From: Octopus sinensis
Taxonomy: Eukaryota
DNA length: 64,000 nucleotides
Assembly: GCF_006345805.1 (NCBI RefSeq)
Contig: NC_042998.1
Span: 106,206,001-106,270,000, forward strand
Direction: 5' to 3'
In this document: positions 49,880 through 63,377 of the stretch, one piece after another
Position numbering within the stretch: position 1 is the stretch's first letter
Layout of the letters: each line of letters opens with the position of its first letter
The notes under the pieces: generated by a model
What the model was told of the DNA's origin: nothing
Seen by the model: only the letters and a program-made list of their open reading frames with translations
The model's database searches: none
Position numbers and translations under genes: made by a program

Positions 49880-50420
49880 GTAGTGTTCTGTATTATGTTA
49901 TGTGTTCATATTGAGTTGTGGAAGATATTTATTGATGAAAGTTTTACCTCTTTATTCATTCTTTGTTGTACTAAGGTGTTCTGTGAACATTGATAGAGGG
50001 GGAAAATTAAGATATTAGGATTAAGATTCCTAGCACACCTTTCTATATGTTCACTAGCCTGTATCTGTCTGTATTGTGGGTGGTGGATTTGTTCTTTGTG
50101 GAGAGTGGTACTTCGATGGAGTGATATTCCTGTTTGGCCAATATAATTATGACCACACCCTAAGCATGTAATGGCATAGATAAGATTTTCTGAGACACAG
50201 GTGAAATTTGATTTGATCTTAAATATTTCACGTTGTTTAAAGTGGAATTCTGAACCCTCCAAAAAGTGGAGGCATGTACCACAATTAGGTCAACCACATT
50301 TTTTCACTTTTGATTCTGTTGTTAATGGATATACTCTTGTGCTGGTTAATATTTTTTTTCAATGATTTGGGTTGCATTTTGCTCTTGATAATTTTGTGTG
50401 AGCCTAAAATTTTGTTCATT
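49880..50420 (-). mobile_element. Penelope-like element 3' fragment, GIY-YIG endonuclease
   Basis: NFTCVSENLIYAITCLGCGHNYIGQTG..H..QI..EHIERC (ORF 49906-50262). Confidence 0.85.
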
Positions 50421-50886
50421 GTTTTATCTCCTAAAGATACTGACAAAAACAGTAATAACGACGACATTTGACAACACATGACGGGCTTCTGTATAGTTTC
50501 TATCACAATCAAATTTCACTAATGAAGAAACAGTCATCCCAAGGAGGCACTTGCCAAAAGTGCCCTATAGTGGAACTGAACTCCAAATCATGTGATTATG
50601 AAGCAAACTATTTCACCACACAGCCTGTTCTTACATCTTTTATCGTTGTTTACTTGTTTCAGTCATTTGACTGTGGCCATGCTAGAGCAATGCCTTGAAG
50701 GATTTTTTTTGTTTTTGTTGAAAAAAGTCAACCCTAGTACTTACTGTTTTTAAGCCTGGTACTAATCTTATCAGTCTTCTTTTGCTGAACTACCATGTTA
50801 CAGGGATGTAAACACACCAACACTGGTTATCAAGTGCTGGTAGGAGACAAACATAGACACAAAGACACACACACAAACACAGATAG

Positions 50887-50922
<36 letters not shown>

Positions 50923-52163
50923 TTATACATGTATGATATCAGATGCATCGCACAATGCAGAGAGCAATGCATCATTACACTGTCTTTACACTGTGTGATG
51001 CATCTGATATTATACTGTGCAACACATCTGGTATCATTACATCATTCCACACCCACTGGTGAGCAGTGCAGAAGGAAGCTAAAACGATTGTTGTACTAAA
51101 TAATTAAAAATATACCCAACATGCATCTAGGAATTCCTTACATAGATCCAGCAACAAAAGCGCAGTAACACGGAAGATGCCTGGTAGCCATAAGTGGTAA
51201 ACATGCTCTGCAAGCACACTACCTGGGACTTACCCAAAACAAGGCTTGGTTACTGCATTTTAATGTCTCCTTTCAAAATCTTAATTTTTAATTTAACTTA
51301 TATATATATGTGTGTGTGTGTGACAGGCTTCTTTCACTTTCTGTTTATCAAGTCCACTCACAAGGCTTTGGTTAGCTAGAGAGATTTCATAATATGCAAT
51401 TGCTGTTTGTCCAACCCATCAACGATGATGATGTTTGTCCAACCCATCATCATCATTTAATGGACGTTAAATGATGATGATGACAATGATGATGATAAAG
51501 ACTAGAAAAAAATATTAATATTGAAAAGTGTTTGTAGGATTAACAGAAAATTTCATAGTGTGAATGTTCGTGCTGTGACTTCCATTGTTGCAATAGATTT
51601 CAATGCATTATCATTTTTTAAATGCTACAGTAATGGAAATCTATCCTAAAATAAACCTATTAATGCCACATCTTTAAATTTTAAGAGTACAAAATGGCCT
51701 CTTGCAAAATATTATCCTGTAAAAGCTATAATTTAAGTTGGTTACGCACTTGTTCTTTTTCACATGCAATATGCATACCAATTATGAGTACAGAAATAAA
51801 ATTCTTATAAAAAGAGCAATATTTGTCTCCAGGTGATATTCTCAACCAGAAATTTATATTCTACTCATAAGTTGTTACCAATATAATATCCTGGAACAGC
51901 TTTACATTATTCAGTGAGGAAAACAACTTGCTTTTCAGAAAAGCTCATAGAAGTCATTTATATACCTATATTTTTATATATCTGTGGTGGTCATGGTTGT
52001 GACAAATGGATGCACTACTGGACAAGGTGAAAGTTCTCTTGCTTATATCTAGCTTTTTTTTTATAATGATTTCAAATTTTGGCACAAGACCAGCAGTTTT
52101 GGAGAGTGGGTAAGTTGATTACATCATCCCCAGTGTTTAACTGGTACTTATTTTATTTTTTAA

Positions 52164-52393
52164 GGCAGCGAGCTGGCAGAAACGTTAGCACATCGGGCGA
52201 AATACTTAGCGGTATTTCGTCTGTCATTACGTTGTGAGTTCATATTCCGCCGAGGTTGACTTTGCCTTTCATCCTTTCAGGGTCGATAAATTAAGTACCA
52301 GTTCCACACTGGGGTCGATGTAATCGACTTAATACCTATGTCTGTCCTTGTTTGTCCCCTCTATGTTTAGCCCCTTGTGGGTAATAAAGAAAT
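52164..52393 (+). mobile_element. tRNA-derived SINE with Nin-like core, nested in an opposite-strand relative, 15-bp TSD
   Basis: gactttgcctttcatcctttcagggtcgataaattaagtaccag; TSD tggtacttattttat at 52142-52156 and 52394-52408. Confidence 0.8.
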
Positions 52394-52714
52394 TGGTACT
52401 TATTTTATCAACTCCGAAAGGATGAAAAGCAAAGCCAACCTTGGTGGAATTTGAACTCTGAATGTAAGGATGGACAAAATGCCATTAAGCATTTTGCCTG
52501 GCATGCTAACAAATCTGCTAGCACTTTGCCTTCAGCCTATCATTGATAATAGGTTATAGCCTTAATCAAACTACTTAAATGTCGAAAACAAATGTCTGTC
52601 TAACTTAAAATAATATGTCAAGCTAAGAACAATTCATCATTGCAAGCAGCAATAGTACATTAAAATTAACACTGTATATTGACATAAAAACTGCTTTGCA
52701 GTATTCAATCTTTT

Positions 52715-53170
52715 TGATGAAGTGGCTCTAAAGCATAGCCTAAATTCTGCAGGCTTCCCTTTCCAGCTCAAGCCAGCTGGGGATGGTAAAAGGGCTGATA
52801 GTTTGACAATTTTCTTGTTTCATAATGGGAGGTCCCTCATCTTGGATTTTACATATTGTGACACCTTCTCCCATGACAACTTAGTGTTCAGCTACCAGCC
52901 CAGGCTCCATTGCTCATTAGGCCAAGAAGGGAAAACTGTGACAGGTTTATGGTCAAGCATGTGGCAGGGAAGACCTCCAGGATTCTCTGTCCCCCGAAAC
53001 ACATCCCGGCTAACCACTATCAAAGTGGAGATGGCTATCTGCAAGTGCAAGCCCCATGAGTCAGAGTGGCTGGTACAGCACATCTCCAGAGCAATGCCTC
53101 TTCCATTTTGCTCACTGGAATCATGAGGCAACCTGACAAGTCTTATAAGATATTTCTTCATTGTGAAGGA
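52715..53170 (+). mobile_element. CRE-like non-LTR retrotransposon RLE fragment
   Basis: LNSAGFPFQLKPAGDGKRADSLTIF..GRSLILDFTYCDT..NASSIL matches the AG.PS.LEP..DGKRPDG..G..L.WD.TC.DT pattern. Confidence 0.6.
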
Positions 53171-53354
53171 GAGGAAAGATATGATGATTTAGGAAGAAAC
53201 TGTCATCAAAAACAGGAAATATTGCAAAGCAGTTTCTATGTCAATATTTATATCTTCAAGAAAGACATACACACAGTATAATTAACTTGCGGTTCTATAG
53301 CTTGCAGTGATGAGTTCAGTTCCTCCTGGGCACCTATACATACATATAAGATAA

Positions 53355-53356
53355 AC

Positions 53357-53430
<74 letters not shown>
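53355..53430. repeat. (GATA)n microsatellite
   Basis: About 18 perfect units. Confidence 0.95.
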
Positions 53431-53444
53431 ATATGGATACAAAT

Positions 53445-53492
<48 letters not shown>

Positions 53493-53779
53493 TAATATAC
53501 ATACACACACACATACACAGGCATGCACACATACACACGTACACACATACACACGTACACACACATGTGTATGTGTGTGTGTGAGTGAGTATGGTGTTAG
53601 GAAGGGCATCCATCTATAGAAACCATGCCTGCCAAATCAGACTGGAATTCGGTGCAGCTCTCGAGCTTACAAGTTTCAGTTAAACTGTCTAACCCATGTC
53701 AACATGGAAAGCAGGCACTAAATGATGATGATGATGATAACGATGATGATGATAATATGTATCTATCTACACACACACG

Positions 53780-53825
<46 letters not shown>

Positions 53826-55075
53826 ATATATATATTATAATTATTAGCAAAGATTAATTCTGAGTTCACAGGAATGAGACGCTCAAATTAAAGTTACTAA
53901 AGTGAACTTCTCTCAATATTTTATTCATATATATAAAAGTGGTTTTAGAGACAGAACCACCCTCAACCCAATCAACATTGAAAGATATTATACCCGACCA
54001 AGCCATAAAATATTAAATATGATACTTACTATATCTATTCAGAATCCCATACTTTCCATTTTAGAGACAACACACGTTTCATGAAAGTATGTTGGTATTT
54101 TTGAGATATAAGGTCTCTAGTTTCAATACTCAATTAGATCGACGTATTCCCAATCTTCAGATCTGAATTCTACACATTTATTACTCTATCTATATTCTAT
54201 ATAACTCTATGATGATTGAAATTATTTTACTAAAATTCATTAACGTAATTTTATTTACAAATTAATGAATAAAAATTAAAATAATGAATGAACCTTAAAA
54301 ATTTAAGAAATAAAAATTTAAGAGGATAAAAAATATGAATAAAAAATATGAAATAAGAATAAAAATAATGAACAAAACGAATGTTAGCTTATCTATTTTT
54401 GGTTCCCTCCCTGAGAAAATTAAACATGGCTACATCTTGCAAATAACGTACAATTCACACTTGATAATTCCAATGTAAGGAAGGTAATTCTAATGAATAT
54501 TAGAGAGTTCTTAGGATGTATTTATTACTTTATATATTTACCGTGTATGAATATTACATGATAAACCACCCCATAATTAACATAATACAGTCAGGGGAAC
54601 CGGAAACAAATGTATCACAGGAACATGCCAATCCTTTCACTAGCTATTCCACTCAACCCCCTTGCTACCACCAACAATCAACCACACCTACCAACACTCA
54701 AACAGGGGGAGGGAAGGAAAATTTTTTGCACAAAACGGAAGAACTCTACCCGGAGAAAAGAAAGCAAAAGAAAAACAGGGCATTGCCAGTAGTTGCTAGT
54801 ACACTGCCAGTATGTCCCAAAACCCCGTTGGTGGGAATTGTGCCACCAACAGTGGAAACTGTGGCCAACCTTTGTGGAAGAGGAATTTGTAATCCTATTC
54901 CACAAAGGAGGGGCAATTCAAGAATTTCTTAGAAGGTTTAACGAAGAAGATTGGAGGGGAGGGATTCTAACCTGTACTAAGAACCCTGATTGACCTCCAC
55001 AGGTAGCTGCAGAGGTCGTGTGGGAAACAAATCTGTGCAAGGTGATGAACTCCTTCCCTGAAGACACATTCTGCT

Positions 55076-55537
55076 TCATGCTGAAGAGCCCCGACCTAGC
55101 ATCATCAAGTGTCTTCTATCCACTTGGGTTCTATCCCAGGTGGCAGCCCACAGACCCAAGCTCTTGTTAATTCCTTCCCACAATATGTGGGAAGAAATAG
55201 AATCCTTTGCCCTTCCAAAGGATTCTAAAATTGCAAAATTGTGAGCCTCCTCAGGGGTGTCAAATAGCAACCACACCATCACATACTTGATACCCCTTGC
55301 AATAAACTTAATAGTTGGCAGATATTCTGCCAACTCCTTTTCAATCTCAATTTGAGAGAACACAGTGATGGTGTCGAGAGACTTGGAATACATCCTCAAC
55401 ACCACTGTTCTCTCATTGAAGTCTTTTACCCACTGCTTGGGAGGTACAATCTCCCAATCCAATGCAATGTTTATCTTCTTTGCCATGCTTGCAGAAAAGA
55501 AAGGAAAGTCCAAAATATGTTCAAACAAAAACTCCAA
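55076..55537 (-). mobile_element. Possible LINE ORF1 (L1/Tx1-like) relic
   Basis: TVVLRMYSKSLD..KFIARGIKY..FDTPEEA resembles an RRM-type ORF1; no decisive motif. Confidence 0.35.
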
Positions 55538-56089
55538 ATAAAGTCAAAAACACAAAAAAGAACAGAAAAACATAGCAGAGAAAAAGAATGAAGGAAGACA
55601 GTTCAAGTCACGGCAACACAATTCTGGCCACTCAGTAATCCTGGCCCACAGGTATTCCAAAAAAATGGTACTCCACACAGATACTCCAGGTCACAGTAGC
55701 AGCAGGAACACTTAAAAAAATCCTCCATAAATTGATTGAGTTTTCAAAATTTTCACAAATTTTGGTGGTGAGACATGCCCACCAAACTATTCTCACAGCT
55801 AAGTGAGTCACTTAGCATGACTGCAGGCAGACAAATGTCTGGGACCCAGTAAGGATTTCTTATTTGGAAAAGAAAAACAATATCAAACAACAAAACCCTA
55901 CTGAATCCCCCCAAAAAACAGGTGCCTACCTTACAGTCACGCCTTCAATATTTCTTCAATTCAGGACAGCTACAAAGCACATCTTGACAGTATTCAAATT
56001 TGGAAGCAACTAACCAATGCATGCATAAGCAAGCTATTTACTACACAGCCATGCCTGTGCCTATATATGAAATTAATATATATATGAAA

Positions 56090-57030
56090 TTAATATAAAT
56101 AGCTAGGCACAATATAATACCATAAAGGAAAAATTCAATAGTCACTAAGTGTGACTGGTAGTGCCAGAGCACCCACATTGCTAGAAATAAGGGTTCAAAT
56201 ACTCACTCTTAATGATGTAGGAAGAGTATAGATGTACACACAAATGCTGACTGGAGAGGCAACTGCCCCATGGCTAACTTGAAAATTCCCTGACTAGACA
56301 TCTAGTTTTGCCTGTTCCGTAGGTATTGTCAGTAGGTATTGTCAGCTAACTCTGCCTGTCGGCAATATGTATTTACCATAAAAAATTTATGAATGATTTA
56401 GCGGAATGCTAATATGTATACTAAAGATTAATATAAATAGCTAGGCGCAATGTGATACCATAAAGCACATACATTGCTAAAAATAAGAGTTAAAATACTC
56501 TTAATGCTGTAGGAAGAGCACAGATGCATATACACACACTGATAGGGGAGGCAACCACCCCATGACTGACTCAAAAATCTCTAGACTAGACAGCATTAAG
56601 AGTATTTTAACTCTTATTTTTAGCAATGTAGGTTCTTCAGCACTATCAGTCACACTTAATGATGACTGAATTCTTCCTTTATGGTATCACATTACACCTG
56701 GCAGTTTATATTAATTTTTAGTATACACATTAGCATTCTACTAAATCATCCATAAATTTTTGTGATAAATACATATTTGCTGACAGGCAGAATTAGCCAT
56801 ACATGTGCAGTGTAAGCAGTTCTCACTGATGATACTTACAGAATAGCTGAAACTAAACATCTAGTCTGGGGATTTTTGAGTTAGTCATGGGGTGGTTGCC
56901 TCCCCTGGCAGCATGTGTTTATGCATCCATGCTCTTCTTTCAGCATTAAGAGTATTCTAATTCTTATTTCTAGCAATGTGAGTGCTCTGGCACCCTCAGT
57001 CACACTTAATAACGACTGATTTTTCCTATA
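56090..57030. repeat. Large foldback built from a ~340-bp tandem unit
   Basis: The unit ttaatataaatagctagg.. starts at ~56090 and ~56428; 56591-57030 is the inverted copy of ~56125-56510. Confidence 0.87.
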
Positions 57031-57463
57031 CATGTGTGTGTGTGTGTGTATATATACACACACAGCCAAAATTTGTCCAACCCATGCTAGCATGGAAAGC
57101 AGACGTTAAACGACGATGATGAGGATGATGAAAATTGTGAGGATAATCTGGTTCTTGACTGAGGATAGAGGTCTTCGAATGACCCATCCTTGTTTTCATT
57201 GTATCGTCTATCTGGATGTTTTGTTGTCTTTTTGTGTATCACCTAGCTGTCCGAATGTTTTGCGTTCTTGTCCCATTTTGTATTTTATATATATCCTCAT
57301 CGTCATCTTTTAACGTCCGTTTTCCATGCTAGCAGGGGTTGGATGATTTTGACTGTGGGCTGGCGAACCAGATGACTGCACCAGGCTCCAATCTTGGTCT
57401 GGCAGAGTTTCTACAGCTGGATACCCTTCCAATATATATATAGCGGTGCACATACACTTTCCC

Positions 57464-57502
<39 letters not shown>

Positions 57503-58023
57503 ATGAGTAGAATATTCAAATTTGAATATTCATAAAGATATTGTTATTGCTAATATTATCTATGGTAAATGTAAGTAATTGATAATACCAGCAACAATAA
57601 TATAGGTGGTTAACAGGTTTAAATAGCATTAAATAGCTATAAAATTTGAAATTATCATTAATCATAAGGGCATTCATACACCATACTTGTTAGAAATAGG
57701 ACTTAAAACCCCAACTTCTATTTCTAATGGGTATGGTAAATGAACGCCCTTATGCTTAATGCTAATTTCATATATGTATGTATGTATGTATGCCAATCTG
57801 TACTTGTTTTTTAAGTAATGTACTTTAATTTGCTGGACGAAGTATGCCAAACTTCTACACCACAAAAATATGGCTTATGTAGCAGATAAACAAGCATCAC
57901 AACTCTTTCTAAGTGGTATCAATGTGCTGACATTTAAAGACAAACATGCTCTCTCACACACACAGATATACATGCTTGTATCTACCCATGTAGACATATG
58001 CATGCGTGTACACACACACATTC

Positions 58024-58059
<36 letters not shown>

Positions 58060-59739
58060 ATGTTATTGCAGGTTTCCATGAGGTTTCTCTTGACTAAATT
58101 TCATTCACAAAGTATTAGCCAATTCAAGGCTAGAGTAGAAGGCACTTGCCCAAATGCCATGCTGTGAGATTGAACCTGTAACCATGTGATTGTGAAAGAA
58201 GCCTCTTAACCACACAGAAGTTAACATAACCAGCTAAACCCCTCCCCACAAAACTTTCTGGCCTTGTGTGTGTGTGTGTGTTTGTAATTCCATATATGAG
58301 TTAGTAAGAATGAGGTTTATAGATACAAAATAAAGTTTTTAATACCTGGGGGAGTAGAGTGTGTTGTATAAACACATACACACACACACACACACTCATA
58401 CATCTATTATCCTTGTTAGTGTCATGATGTAGAAGAATGAAATGTGTGAGGGGATAAATATTGAAGCGATAGCTTAAACAGTGGATTATGAATTCATATG
58501 TGTTGCACACTAGTGAGTCTTGTGTTTATGAGAAGAATACTTAATTCCACATGCCATGCCCTCAGTTCATCGAGTGGTGGGGGAAAGGGAAGTATCAAAT
58601 TATTGCTATAATTTTACTTCTGATAGTCCTATCCATGGGAGACTCATTTTTCATGTACCTAAAGCTATTAAATCTAGAATTACACACTGCCTTTATATGC
58701 TGGTATGGTTTGTGAAAACATTTAGTATTTCTATTGTACAGCACTAGTTTGTAATGGCAATAATGGTTTGTTTTTGTTTATTCTTTGATATTGGAAAATG
58801 ATCAGAGTAAAGAATACATTTCACAGAAATTGTTATAATCATGCAAATGTTAATGAACAATGGTTAGACTAATGTAGTTGTCAATATTATCACAGAGCAA
58901 CTCGTATATACATCATTTAAAGACAAGTCACAACTGGTTGATATATTTGTGCATCAGCCTAGCATTCAAAAGGTCAACTGTTCACACTTCATCACTAGTG
59001 TTGTATTGTGTCTATATACAAGATGTTTAAAGCTAGTTGACTCGACAGCAGTTCTGCATGTATAATAATGACCAAGTTCTTCATTGACCTATAGAACTAA
59101 GCTCAAATAGGTTAGTAAGAAACTCTTTTGAAATTAATGCAGCTGATTGAACATTGATGAGCTTTATCAATTGATGTTGCTCGAGAAACACATTTGAAAT
59201 AAATAAATAGCATTTTCTTTTTAACGAAAGTACAAAAGATCTGTGTTTTAAGAGGAGAGGGGAAAATAGAAGGGTTTGACATTAATACTTTTCTGAATGA
59301 CAATAATAGTTGCCTTTAACTGAGAAGTGAAATGGTTTGGCAGTTCATGCTTGTTACTAACTTAACATTTGATCTACAGCAGACTTGACCAGCATTTTTC
59401 TAACGGCAGGCCTTACTAAATGCTACAGATCATAAATTGCATTACACCACCAAATGAATAATTTAACGAATCAAATGCAATATAGTGTACCTCATACATA
59501 GCACATTCTGGAGGTTTTGAGACTTATTAGGAGAGGCATTTATAACTGTCTCAGATTGTTGTAATTCTAATATTCCATTACTGTACAAGTAATAAGCTAA
59601 CCTGCCAACTTTTGTTATTCCAGATTGAAGGAGACAGCTGTAGCATCACTTTGAACACCTCCTACTAAACACTGCTTGTCACAGCTGACTAGTTTGCAGA
59701 ATTCAGTCAAGACATGAAGATAGTTTGGAAGCTTGTTAA

Positions 59740-60407
59740 GCAATAAAGTTTTGTGTTAAACTAGGAAAAAATGCTACAGAAACTTATGAAATGCTCCAGA
59801 CTGATAATGCATTAACTTTTCCATTGGCACAAGAAGTTCAAGGACTGTAAAGAGCGAGTGAGAGACAATAAGATGTGTGGAAGGAAGAGGGGTGTCAGGA
59901 CATCGGAGCTGGATGTGAAAATACACAATTTTCTGGATGAAGACCGTTTTGTGTCTATAAAAACAATAAGCATACAGTTTGGTGTTGGTGACGCAAATGT
60001 AAACAGAATTATTCATGAAGATCTGGGCAAATGCAAAATTTATGCAAAGTTTGTTCCCAGGGTACTCAGTGACAAGCACCCTGGTAAACCAAATACTTGA
60101 CAAGCCAAATACTTGACAGAGATGGGCATTATAACTGTCCCTCACCCTCCGTACAGTTCAGACTTTGCTCTCTGTGGCTTTTGGTTGTTCCCTAAGTTGA
60201 AGAAGAGCATCAGAGGCAGTCATTTTAAAGATGAAGGAGACTGTGACAAGAGTCCTGGACTTTGGACGACTTCCATAAGGCCTCCAGGAAATGCCTGGAG
60301 TGTGACAAGTGCATTGAAGTCAGAGGAGATTAGAATTTTGTACTTGTTTGAAATTAATGAATGTCTCTCCTGAAAAAGTTTGAAACTTTTGGAATGCACC
60401 TTGTATA
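59740..60407 (+). mobile_element. Deleted mariner relic
   Basis: KLGKNATETYEML, ICVTN/KIYAKFVPRVL region, HPPYSSDFALCGFWLFPKLKK..GSHF; right end ..ggaatgcaccttgta+TA. Confidence 0.8.
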
Positions 60408-61469
60408 TAAGCAAATCATAGAGATTGAGTCAGAGAAAACATGAGGGAAAAAAGAGGCAGAAAAGAAACTGTTCAAATTGACTTACAGATTATATTTCAA
60501 ATTTTAAAGAAAATGTTTTTATGTTTATATAGTTATGACATATCTTTCATAAAAAAAAGAAATCATAAACAGCTGCATCCAGCCAAAGTGTGACAGATTT
60601 TCAATACCTGCACTCAGGTATTCACATGTTAAATAAATGTTAGTTTCACTTTGTTGAGGTACAAAGTCCATGAGAGCAGCAAAGTTGTAAGGTTATTATT
60701 AATCATAATGCCTTTCTCAAAATCATTAGCAACACAAAGTAAAGTGAAAGGAATTCAACCAGGATTGAAAACTAAACTAGCAAGAGAACTCTTATACAGA
60801 CACCCAGCCTGTGAGAAACAGCAGTCAAGTCTCCCTCAAATCACATTTTAAAGTTTTCAAAATGGAAGGATATATCAATAATTTGTTCAAGACATATAAT
60901 GAAATTTGAAAATAAGGAGAATGACTATGGCAAGAAATTTTAATCAGGGTTGACCTTTAATTAATCATCAGCATCAAGAACAACAGTTTATTGTGATTTT
61001 ATCCCTTACTCTAATGCAAGGACAAACATATCTTAATTGGTTTAATACGTGAATGGTTGTTTGAATGATTCAAACCAAGTGGCTGCTCAGACAGTAGTTT
61101 AGGCAAGCATATGTCATTTACAGTAGCTTGAGATCGACCAATGCCTAGTAAATAGAGTTTAATAGATCCAGGCTGTGATGAGGCCCATTGTCTATATGAA
61201 TGCATGTTCTCTTCTGTTTTTAATTATCTAAAATATTCCTCTGAGGAAGGAGCTGATTTCTAACAATGATACAAAGTTCTGCCATTAGAATGTAGATAAC
61301 AAAAATAATGTCACATTTTAAACTTGAGAAAAGTCTTGCATATTTTTACTCTTCCATTTACAGATTGTATTTGTAATGTGCAAGTCACATGGTTGATTTC
61401 TTTTTCTGAAAATCCAAGCTTATCCAGGCTGACAGCTATTTACTCACAATACCAAGTGTACTAATTATT

Positions 61470-61682
61470 CTTTTCTACTCTAGGCACAAGGCCCAAAATT
61501 TTTGTGGGGAGAATCCAGACAATTAGATCAACCTCAGTACACAACAAGTACTTAATTTATCGAACCTGAAAGAATGAAAGGCAAAGTCGACCTCAACAGA
61601 ATTTGAACTCACAATGTAAGACAGATGAAATACCACTAAGCGTTTCACCCAGTGTGCTAACGTTTCTGCCAGCTCGCCACCT
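61470..61682 (-). mobile_element. Nin-like-core SINE with 16-bp TSD
   Basis: TSD aagtgtactaattatt at 61454-61469 and 61683-61698. Related partial copies at ~24510-24605(-) and 33015-33330(+). Confidence 0.88.
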
Positions 61683-61769
61683 AAGTGTACTAATTATTGT
61701 TGGTATAAATGTAAATTTTTAATCTGGATATAGAAGCTAGAGGTTTTGAAGCAATTGTCTATAGCTAAC

Positions 61770-61930
61770 CTCTTTCTCTTTGATTTTCATAGATATTCAT
61801 ATCAGCAGGATAACTGACCTCTATGACAATACATACCTTTTCTTCTAAGTCCCAAACAACAATATCTGGCCTATTATTGACAGATGTTTTGATGGTATGT
61901 TCAACCAGTATTTCTTGTGTTGATGTTTGT
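61770..61930 (-). mobile_element. R4/Dong-like RLE nuclease fragment
   Basis: TIKTSVNNRPDIVVWDLEEKVCIVIEVSYPADMNI. Confidence 0.75.
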
Positions 61931-62709
61931 GTAGTATGTCCTGAGTATGACATTAAACTGCATCCAGTGGTGAGGCTCCAGTTCAGGAATTCTGGAGTTT
62001 TGAGGAGCATGGAGTCACCTCTTAATTATTTTAACTCCAAGGTCCATTCTGACCTGGAACGATAGTACATGTCCTGGTCCCATCAATGAACTAATTAGAT
62101 TTCCAGTAGATAGGGGAGGCTCCTATTATTTTTGACAAAGCTGTGGAGAAGTTAGCTCTTCTATGAGAAAGATACTCTGACATAAAATATGCAGTCAAAA
62201 TAGTATCAGTCCTCTTGCAATGCTTATACTGGAATCTACTATGGTGACTGAGAGAGTAACAAAAGTGTTGTACAATCTGTTGTCATTTACATCCAATGAC
62301 ATACAGATCTTTCACTACCATTTGAATGTGAGACAGCTTTCATCTGACAAGATGAGGCAATCATTATGTATGCATGCACCCTTGAATGCCCTTGCATATA
62401 TAAATGCATGTAGGTATGTGTATATATATATATGCATGTGTGCATGTGTTTGTGTATATATGGCACGTAAAAAGCACCATCCGAGCATGGCCGTTTGCCA
62501 GCCTCGTCTGGCACCTGTGCCGGTGGCACGTAAAAAGCACCCACTACACTCACGGAGTGGTTGGCGTTAGGAAGGGCATCCAGCCGTAGAAACATTGCCA
62601 GATCAGACTGGGCCTGGTGCAGCCTTCTGGCTCCCAGACCCCAGTTGAACCATCCAAACCATGCTAGCATGGAAAGCGGACGCTAAATGATGGTGATGAT
62701 GATATATAG

Positions 62710-62890
62710 GGAGAATTCACAAAAAAAAACAAAAGACGAAGACAGATGGTGTAGACAACAAACAGGTGTATTAGTATAAAGCTCGGTTAGTGAAAAAATC
62801 TTTAACATTTCGAACCTACGCTCTTCCACAGAAAGGAACACAGAAAGAAACAAGGAGAGAAAATAAAGAATGTGTAGTGGCTAGCAATCT
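62710..62890 (-). mobile_element. Penelope-like terminal remnant with hammerhead variant
   Basis: cttt-CTGTGGAa-gagc gtag gttc-GAAAT-GTT-aaag at 62800-62834. Confidence 0.55.
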
Positions 62891-63377
62891 ATGCATGTGC
62901 ATGCATTCTCTCTTTTTATTTGTAAGAATTCTTCCTAGAAAGAGTAAAATGTTCTTTCAATAAAGAATTAAAGGCTCCATCAATGGAATTTGAATAAGCG
63001 CAATGATAACTGTGACATATTGAACGTTAGGAAAATTTTGCATAGTTTTATTGTTTTACTTATGGTTTATATCTGTGAAGTGTATGTTAACTAGTCTCTT
63101 CCTGAACCCAAAGTGCTAGCTTTTTAAGGTTGTTGTTTGATCATTTATATCATAACCAAGTGCAACAATAATTACTGGTATAAATGTGAATTTATAAACA
63201 GCAACCGAGACCTTTGGAGATATGCTGTGCTTGAGAAGACCTGGCAAGCCAAGTGCAACCATAACCATGGCCTATGCCAGTGTTGCATAACCAGCCCATT
63301 TAAGAGTACCCTTCGATCATTGGGCAATACACTGTTTGAGAAGACCTGCTGAGTCAAGTGAAATCGTTATCATGGCC

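Noticed and set aside
54115-54170. Minus-strand ctgaaga..aatac/gtatt-gaaac
   Set aside because: Five extra nucleotides lie before stem II, and there is no valid stem III/NUH.
2326-58097. Dozens of ORFs rich in CV, HT, YI, MY or DR repeats
   Set aside because: They are translations of (CA)n, (TA)n, (TATG)n and (GACA)n tracts, with no coding evidence.
59090-59250. Protein-like minus-strand frame QHQLIKLINVQSAALISKEFLTNLFELSSIG
   Set aside because: The donor (gtcaat) is weak, there is no clear acceptor, and I recognise no homology.
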